64,000 nt of DNA. Source: Eledone cirrhosa (lineage: Eukaryota). Position numbers and translations under genes: made by a program. Location of the stretch: NCBI GenBank assembly GCA_964016885.1, contig OZ024741.1, positions 231,818,001 to 231,882,000 on the forward strand, written 5' to 3'. Of this stretch, positions 55,079-64,000 are shown piece after piece (the stretch's first letter is position 1; each line of letters starts with the position of its first letter). Under the pieces are notes generated by a model. It worked only from the letters and a program-made list of their open reading frames with translations. It was not told the DNA's origin and ran no database searches.

Positions 55079-55198
55079 TTATTCTGATGAAATGACAGTA
55101 AATAATAACATTGAAATATTGAATGTCTGCATAACCAAAAGTTTGTAGATAGCAGCTGTTTTAGGTTATGTAACTGTTATAGAAACACGTGTCAATAA
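55079..55198 (+). ncRNA. Type I HHR with a long branched stem II
   Basis: TTATT-CTGATGA-AATGACAGT..ACTGTTATA-GAAA-CACGTG-TC-AATAA; triplet GUC. Confidence 0.78.
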
Positions 55199-55256
55199 AT
55201 TCCTTTCAACTAAACTGTATCCATTCAAATTTTTCTATATATATATATATATGTGC

Positions 55257-55345
<89 letters not shown>

Positions 55346-55399
55346 CGCATGTATATATATATATATACATGTATATATATGTATATATATATGCTTATA

Positions 55400-57130
55400 T
55401 AATCGAAGAAATTGAAGAAAGAGAAGCAAACAGTTAGAATATATTTATAAGAAGCTCTTATACCTGTTACGTCCGAGTTGGGCTCCTCAGTAGCTCACAG
55501 GAAAGTAAAGGGTTTAATTAGGAGCCCTGAATGTGTATGAGTATGATTTTAACATCGAAATTCATATCTCGGTTTAACAAAGTTAGATGTTTATATTTGT
55601 GAGCAAAGGGGCTAATTCCGGTGCTATTTGGAATTATCTGCTAATTTTCCTTTCACTATTATAAAATATTTATTTATTCCCCTAAGTCTATTTACTACGT
55701 GCTACATTAATTATGCTTTGTCAAGCCAACTTGCAGAGGTACAGTTAAGGTATGAATGTGAATGTTCAATAAGGTTACGGTCGATGAAACTTATGTACCG
55801 GTTTAACTTAGTATGTGGCTGCAATTTCAACAAAGATGTAAACGCCGAGAAATGTGAAAACATAAACATCAGGCCCCTGCAAAATCACATGATTATACGC
55901 CCATGGTGTTTAAATGGTACAATCATCGATCCTGCAGAGATACTCAAGATTTATTCCGTTAGTATGGAGGAATACGTCGAGGCAATCAGGTCTGGACACA
56001 TATAGTGCATCACCCTTGAGGGATGACGGGGGCTGGATCATAGTATTGTTGACAGATGTTTAATTTTTAGCCCACCATTTTAAAATGCCCTGGTCCTATA
56101 GTGTTTGAGTATTAGCCGGGGTCCATCTGTAGAACGACTGTTGTAATCTATGGCCGCAATTGATGACGGTTTCGGCTCGACAGTTGATGAGATCAAGGGG
56201 CGCTTGCACTATATAGTAAAGCTCCAGGAGACAGAGCTGGCAGTTTTTCTTGAAGTTGGAGGGTGTTGCCTGGTTGACAATTTCCCAATAAGTGGAGGAG
56301 CTGATGCTAGCGTCGTTTAAACGGGTGATGTAATTGGGGAGGGATGTAGAGTACCTTCGCTTCCTATTCCTAAAAGAGTGAAGATTCGCTCGGAATCTAG
56401 TCTTGAACGACCCAGAAGTGGCTCCTATATAATATTTGACACTATTGTGGCTAGTAACAGTACATCTATATATAACATTTTTAGTTAGGCATTAGCCCAG
56501 GAGCGGACAGTTAGCAGGGTCACGACAGTTGCAGTGCTTACTACGGTCCCCTCCATACTGGCGGTTGTTGTACCCACAGCAATAATATTATTAATATTAT
56601 TATTATATCAGCGAGGGATTGGCAGTATCAGCAGAAGGTCGGACACCATGCTTTGCAGTATATAGTTACGCCCCTTTATAGTGTGAGTTCAAATCCCGCC
56701 GAAGTTCACTTTGTCTTTCATCCTTACGGGGTCGATAAAATAAAGTACCAGTAATGTACTGGGGGTTATTGCTGGCCTTGTGCCAATAGTAGAAACATTT
56801 ATTATTATTATTATCAGGACAACGTCTTCTATTGTTGTCGTTAGTATTACCATAACTGAGGACGCACATGGTAGTACCTGTGGAATTATATTTAGGATTT
56901 AGCTTCATGCATAATTGTATTCAGATATGCATTGAATTTTCGTACTTCTAAAGAAATACCGTATGATTATGGATAAACATGTTTAAAGCCGTAGCTATGC
57001 AAAACACCAGGGTATCGCTTTCCAGTTGTGCCCAGCTATAGCAAAGAGGACATCCGACAATGCATTTCGAACTTAACTGGTATTCTTCAGGACGCTCTCT
57101 TTCACTCTTGCGATTGCTCGAAATGAAAAC
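55400..57130 (-). mobile_element. Naiad-like PLE 3' portion interrupted by a SINE, with a degenerate HHR at about 55451-55497
   Basis: Minus strand: HCNCRDPANCPLLG*CLTKNVIY..YYIGATSGSFKTRF. HHR relic reads CTGAGGA-GCCC-AACTC-GGAC-GTAA-CAGG-TA. Confidence 0.8.
56611..56813 (+). mobile_element. tRNA-derived SINE with a (TTA)n tail
   Basis: TGGCAGTATCAG A-box-like sequence, GTTCAAATCC B box and the shared core. Confidence 0.88.
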
Positions 57131-57540
57131 AGGCGGGAATATAAGGTCTCTGTAAATGAGGTTATTAATCCATTTGCATATGAAGCTGCATAAATTGGCT
57201 TAACTTTACATGCACATACACACTCTTTTACTCACATATACACACATATCTCTTCTTAGCTTCGTACGGACCTATAATAACACACACACACACACATATA
57301 CACGTGCGTGCGCTTACGCCCGTGCTCAAGTATAGCTCTTTTTACAAAACGGTTTTTCTTCCATTTCAGGTAGACGCGCGCCATCATCCACCTTTCTAAA
57401 AAAACAAATCATACACAAAACGCCAGCACCAACAGTTTTGCAAAAGATGTCAACATGAATGGACCTATTATTTTTATCTAAAGGCATTTTTTTCCAATTC
57501 CATCCCACCCGTCCCTTTATTCTATTTTATTTTGCATTCT

Positions 57541-57577
57541 TTCTTCCAATGAAGGACTAGCGTCCGAAACGTTAAGA
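57541..57577 (+). ncRNA. Mutated HHR in the 5' pLTR
   Basis: CCAATGA-AGGAC-TAGC-GTCC-GAAA-CG-TT-AAGA; core mutated. Confidence 0.55.
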
Positions 57578-60500
57578 CCCCCTTCCTGCTATATCAAGAA
57601 TTAACCTAATATATAACTTCCATATATTGTACCGATTGAGTTGTTATTTCTGTTTACCTTTTACATACATATATATACCAACGCTTACGTGGACCTCTCA
57701 AAATTCGTTGGATTTTCTGATTGGACTTTCACCTCGAAACTGGATACCATCCCGCAGTACACCTGAACTTTCACCAGGAAATCTTTCGTATCTTTGACAT
57801 TTTCTTTGCTTCTTGCAATTAAATATTCCACGACTCTCTACCACTACATTCTTCTCAGCCGTCTATTTCCACTCCCACACCAGTACCTTCAATATACCCA
57901 ATCTCACATGTTTTCTCCGCCAGCTCCATTCTACTCTCAAGCGCTCCCTCCCCTATATGCATCTCTCCAACCTCATCTTCACCAAAACACGATACAACAG
58001 TGACATCACATTTTTAAGTCGCTATCTCCACCACCACCTCATTCCCCGCGGTTTTCGCCTTAAGTTTCACCTCACCACTTACTCTGCTCCCACCACTGAG
58101 CCCATCCTAACCCGCTCCTCTAGCCAGCTGATGCGGGCGACCATTCGATCAACTCTCGCCCAAATCCGTTCTCTCGAACGAGATCTCCACAAGGCCTGCC
58201 TCCATCTCTCCCTCACTTGCCACCCTTTCCTCGCCAATCCCTTATCAAATTCACCCTTTACCTCAATCGCCACCTTTTCAATTTCCTCACGTTCGCAAAA
58301 TACTATAAACTCGACTCTCTCCGCTCCGCATCTGCCGTCACCACCCATACTCATATCACCTCCAACACTAATCTCTCTATCCCATCACCTACCACTGAAT
58401 CTGCACACGCTTTGCGCAACCACCTTGACCCCTCCGCTTCCGTCTCTTTCTCCCCCTCGTATCCCCGCACTGTAGTTACTATACCCCAGGACCTACCACA
58501 CTCCGAAGCTGAGCGCCCCCTCCTCGACCGTGGTTTGCGTTTTATACCAGCCACTTCTACTTGCGGCGAGTTCCGCACACGAGCCGAGATTGAAGGGTTC
58601 TTCCGTCGTTTAAAGCTGAGAGCTTTTATTCACGACACGCCATCATCAACACAGACAGATGACTTCCCTCGTCTCAGTCGCCGTCAATCACATTGGATGC
58701 CGAGCTCTGGCCAGTTCAGTACTCTCGACTCCTTGATCGATACTTGCCGGCGTAGTGTGTATCGGTTCCGTTTCCACCAGCATTCTCGTCGCTCTAACAT
58801 CACGCGAACTGAGCACTCCGTTCTTCGCAACATTCGGTGTCGCGATGACATTGTCATCAAACTCGCTGACAAAGGTGGCACTGTGGTCGTTTGGACCGCT
58901 GACATCTATAGGGCTGAGGCCCTCCGCCAGCTTCACAATAACATTTTTTACCGCCCTTTATCCTCTGACCACAATTCCGTCTACTAACAACTCGTGTCCT
59001 TCACCATCCATGAGCTCATCTCCTCTTCTCACCTCCCCCACAGCCACCAACATTATTGCACGCACCTCTCACACACCCACCATCTACTTCACAAAGTACA
59101 CAAACAAAATAATCCTGCCCGTCCTATCGTTTCTGCGTGCAACTGCCTCACCGAGATAATTTTTGAATATTTAGACACCATCCTCGCCCCGTTGGTCTGA
59201 AATCTCCCCTCCCATATCCACGATAATCATGCCGATAAACTTTTCAGCTCTTTCTCCTTCACTCCTGGTCCCTCCCGCGTTCTCTTTACCCTGGACATCA
59301 CTTCTCTTTATACCGTCATCCCTCATGGTGACGGCATCCACGCTTTCCAGCATTTTTAGATTTACGCCCTACCCCTTTCTCCAGCACTACCACTCTTCTC
59401 CGTCTGGCTGAGCTTGTTCTCGCCCTTAATGGATTTCCTTTTTCGGGTGAATTTTACCAGCAGGTCTCAGGGGTAGCGATAGGAACCAGAATGCGTCCAA
59501 ACCATGCCAACTTGTTTGTTGGCTACGTCGAAGCCCAGATCTTCTCCCAGTACGCTGGACCGACTTCTGAGCTATACGGTCGTTATATCGGCGACTGTAT
59601 CGGCGGCACATCTCTATCACGAGAACAGCTCGACTGTTTTCTTTCTTTTGTCCAATATTTCTATTCTGCTCTCAAATTCACCGCCTTTGTCTCCGATTCT
59701 TCTGTCACTAATCTAGATATCTCTCTATCTATTAATCTCTCTCACCTTACCCTCTTTACTTCCATCTACATTAAACCAACATACTCCCAATCACATCTCG
59801 ACTTCACCTCCTCCCATCCAACCAACACCAAACAATCCATAGCCTATTCCCAATTCCTCCGTCTTCGTGGACTCTGTAGCCGGACAACGATTGCGAAACC
59901 CATTCCCTTCGCATGGGTTCCTGCTTTATCCAGCGTGGATATCCCCACACCTTGATCCAAGCTGCTCTCACCCGCGCTCGTGAAACAGATCACACCACAG
60001 CCCTCACACCTCATCCCGCCCTCCCAACCACTCCTGAGACATATCCTCCGTTGCTTCCGTATCCTCTCTTCTGACCCCGTCACTTCTCGATTTTTTCTAA
60101 ACCCACCCATTACTGCCTTTAAGCGCGCCCGAACCCTCCGCAACCTCCTGGTTTGCAGTTCTTCTTGATCCTCTCCCACGACTCCATCCGGCTCTCATCC
60201 TTGTTCCCGTTCCCGCTGCAACACTTGTCACTTTATTTCCACCCTCACCACTCTTACAGGCCCTAACGGGTCTTTCCGTATCCGCCATTCCTTCACCTGC
60301 ACATCCACCCACGTTGTCTATGCCGCCCGGTGTTCCCTTTGCTGGTCTTTATATATCGGACAAACGGGACGCCGTATGGCGGACCGTTTTGCCGAACATT
60401 TGAGGGACATACGACTCTGTTTGGATACTCCTATCGTCCGTCATTTCTGTTCTCCTGGTCATTCTTCCCCACATGTTTCAGTCCTGGGTGTCCTTTTACA

Positions 60501-61025
60501 TCATGGATCTCAGGCCTCGCGCACCAGGAGTGAACAAAGTCTGATTCACGGTCTTAGGTCCTATTCTCCACTTAGACTCAACTCACCTCCGCAATTTCTC
60601 TAATACCCCGTCCATTATCACACCCCTAGATTCCTATCGTTTTCTCTTTGCTCATAGCTTCGTTCTTCCACGCACACACACACACACACTCTTTTACTCC
60701 CATATACACACATATCTCTTCTTAGTTTCGTACGGACCTATATTAACACACAGGCACACACACATACACATACACACACAAACACACACACACTCATGCT
60801 TACGCACGTGCTGAAGTATAGCTCTTTTTACAAAACGTTTTTTTTTCCATTCCAGGTAGCCGCGTTCCATCGTCCACTTTTCTAAAAAAACAAATCATAC
60901 ACAAAACGCCAGCATCAACAGTTTTGCAAGAGATGTCAACATGAATGGACCTATTATTTTTCTCTAAAGACGTTTTTTTCCAAATCCATCCCGCCCGTCC
61001 CCTTAATCTATTCTATTTTTCATTC

Positions 61026-61063
61026 TTCATTCTGATGAAGGACTACCGTCCGAAACGTTAAGA
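61026..61063 (+). ncRNA. Minimal PLE-type HHR in the 3' pLTR
   Basis: TT-CTGATGA-A-GGAC-TACC-GTCC-GAAA-CG-TT-AA; palindromic AACGTT stem III; short stem I. Confidence 0.75.
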
Positions 61064-61147
61064 CCCTCTTCCTGCTATATCAAGCGGTAACCTAATATAT
61101 ACCTTCCATATACTGTACGGATTGTGTTGTTATTTATGCTTACCTTT

Positions 61148-61291
<144 letters not shown>

Positions 61292-61299
61292 TATTATCT

Positions 61300-62460
61300 A
61301 TTAAAGTTGCTGCTATTCCCGATGAAGCAACGGCTATACTAATATAACTATTCACCTGGAGCATCTAAAAAGTACAATGTTTGTTCATTTCTATTTGTTA
61401 CTGAGTCATTGATTGTAGTGTAAATAAGTCTGTGTTCTCCATTCAACAATGGTTCATTCACATCTACAAAGTTTCTTATGTCTAAGTGTTCATTTACTTT
61501 TTCAATATTGTTTACTTCTAGTCCTTCATAAGTTGTTTCAGGTAATCCTATTTTAATCAAACCCTTTTGTCCTATTTCATATTAAAGAGATTTAAGTTTA
61601 TGCACAAGTTCAATGTATATTTCTACATCATTTATTTTTCTTGTTGATTGTTTCTCATTCGATTTAGAATATCAACTGACATTGGTTGTTTAAATTCTTC
61701 ATATAATACTACAGCATCAAAAGGATTGCAATGAATTAGAATTATTGCAATTAGAAATTATTGCAATTAGAAATTACAACTGCATTATACAACGAACTTA
61801 TTCTGTGATAAATTTGACCTTGTATTTTAAAAACTGGCATGAATCCCGGCAGATATATTGATTCAACGACTCCCAATTGAAAACAATATATTATATATTT
61901 TTATATTCTTGAAGAAGTTTTTGGAATCGCGAGTTTCCCCCAGTATTAGTGTATTTAAGGGTTCGGGTGGTCTTTCCAATTCAATTTAACTTTAACTTTT
62001 GAACAAAATAATCCCTTAGTTTCATCATTAAATAGTTTTGCACAACAATGCTTACATACTACTGACATTCTTCCTCCATTTGATGGATTATCAGAATTTT
62101 TACATGAATCATATTCAAATGCGGCATTTGTAAATGATTCAACAGAACTACGTAGTTCAGCATACCTAGATCATTTTACTTGAGTTACAATTTCTTGTTC
62201 CTCCCTAGTCTGAGAATGTCTTACTTCATTGTGAGAAACTCCATTTTTCTGTCTTAATTCATCTCCTCGTTTTTCGGTCAAATTTCGTCTCAACTCTTTG
62301 TGAGTTAATCTGTTATATTCTCTTATTTCACTTCTCCTTTGAATTGAGAGACTTTCCTGTCTTTGTCTTTGATACTCTCAATTGTTTTATCTCAGAATTT
62401 CTTTCTCTTCTTCATTCATTTCTTTCGGCGCTTTCTTTCTGTGCTATTTGAAATTTGCCT
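61300..62460 (-). mobile_element. Internally deleted autonomous-type Helitron (RepHel relic)
   Basis: AAFEYD..MSVVCKHCCAKLF..PPEPLNTL..SKNFFKNI (N-terminal Zn-finger-like region), LNGEHRLIY..YFLDAPG (PIF1 motif I) and [12 protein letters not shown] (motif Ia). Confidence 0.85.
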
Positions 62461-62530
62461 TACAACATTAATATTATTGTTGTTTAAGTTAGTAGTTGCA
62501 TGGAAATAGTTTTCATTAAATGCACTGTAA

Positions 62531-62720
62531 AGGGCAGTGGATTGGCAGTATCGGTAGATGGTCGGACGCCATGCTTTGCAGAGTTACGGCCATTTATGGT
62601 CTGAGTTTAAATCCCGCCAAGGTTAACTTTGCCTTTCATCCTTACGGGGTCGATAAAATTAAGTAGCAGTAATACACTGGGATAATTGCTGGCCTTGTGC
62701 CAAAAGTAGAAAGAATTATT
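62531..62720 (+). mobile_element. tRNA-derived SINE with an imperfect TSD
   Basis: Shared core; flanked by atgcactgta and atgcagtgta. Confidence 0.88.
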
Positions 62721-63029
62721 ATGCAGTGTATTAATATTGATTTCGTAATTTTCTGAAGTCACGCTGTTGTTAAATGAATTTGTGTCGTTTTTTCCAGGGC
62801 GAAATATATGGATGACAAGAAGTGTAAGATGAAATAAGAAAAGTTTGGAAAAGAAAGAACGATATCTACAGATACGTTCACTCATAGCAAACTTTCGCCA
62901 GCAGACCAGAATTACTTGACTGTGTATGTGTAGGTTTCTGTGAGTGTGTGCGTATGCGTGTCAGCGTCATAATATACAGCCAATCATGTAATTCCCAACC
63001 CTAGGCAAACATACAGCCTTCTTTCTCTG

Positions 63030-64000
<971 letters not shown>

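Larger units (their letters stand above)
52101..55236 (+). mobile_element. Best-preserved Naiad-like PLE (5'-truncated, frameshifted)
   Basis: VKADKTSN, LKDHK, QFDI and the long ORF listed next; the UTR ends with an HHR and (TA)n. Confidence 0.92.

Noticed and set aside
55628-56005. 125-aa plus-strand ORF, and similar ORFs at 34955-35296 and 10570-11194, as host exons
   Set aside because: No recognisable domain; they lie antisense to or within transposon relics.
56611-56700. tRNA genes at A/B-box sites
   Set aside because: They are SINE heads continuing into a shared SINE core, with no full cloverleaf.

Overview
Gene-free, AT-rich animal repeat landscape, most likely an octopod cephalopod judging from the SINE family and microsatellites. 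I found no host gene. The window holds about 12 decayed Penelope-like retroelements (PLEs): mostly Naiad-like copies with a CxCx5Cx5C linker and GIY-YIG endonuclease, plus Poseidon/Penelope-type copies. It also holds Tx1/L1-clade LINE relics, the 3' end of an R4/Dong-like REL LINE, Helitron relics, tRNA-derived SINEs and many (TA)n tracts. Reading by eye, I found about 15 intact or degenerate type I hammerhead ribozyme (HHR) motifs with minimal, mostly palindromic stem III. Three results stand out. First, a non-coding 385-466 bp HHR-bearing repeat family occurs in three clusters (24.2-29.8 kb), with covarying stems, about 40-nt terminal redundancy and a conserved terminal hairpin, resembling a retrozyme or circular RNA. 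Second, several fold-back palindromes have their apex in the expected HHR stem II. Third, palindromes centred on (TA)n sit at PLE 5' junctions. The last two may be footprints of how PLEs integrate. All coordinates were read manually and element boundaries are approximate.
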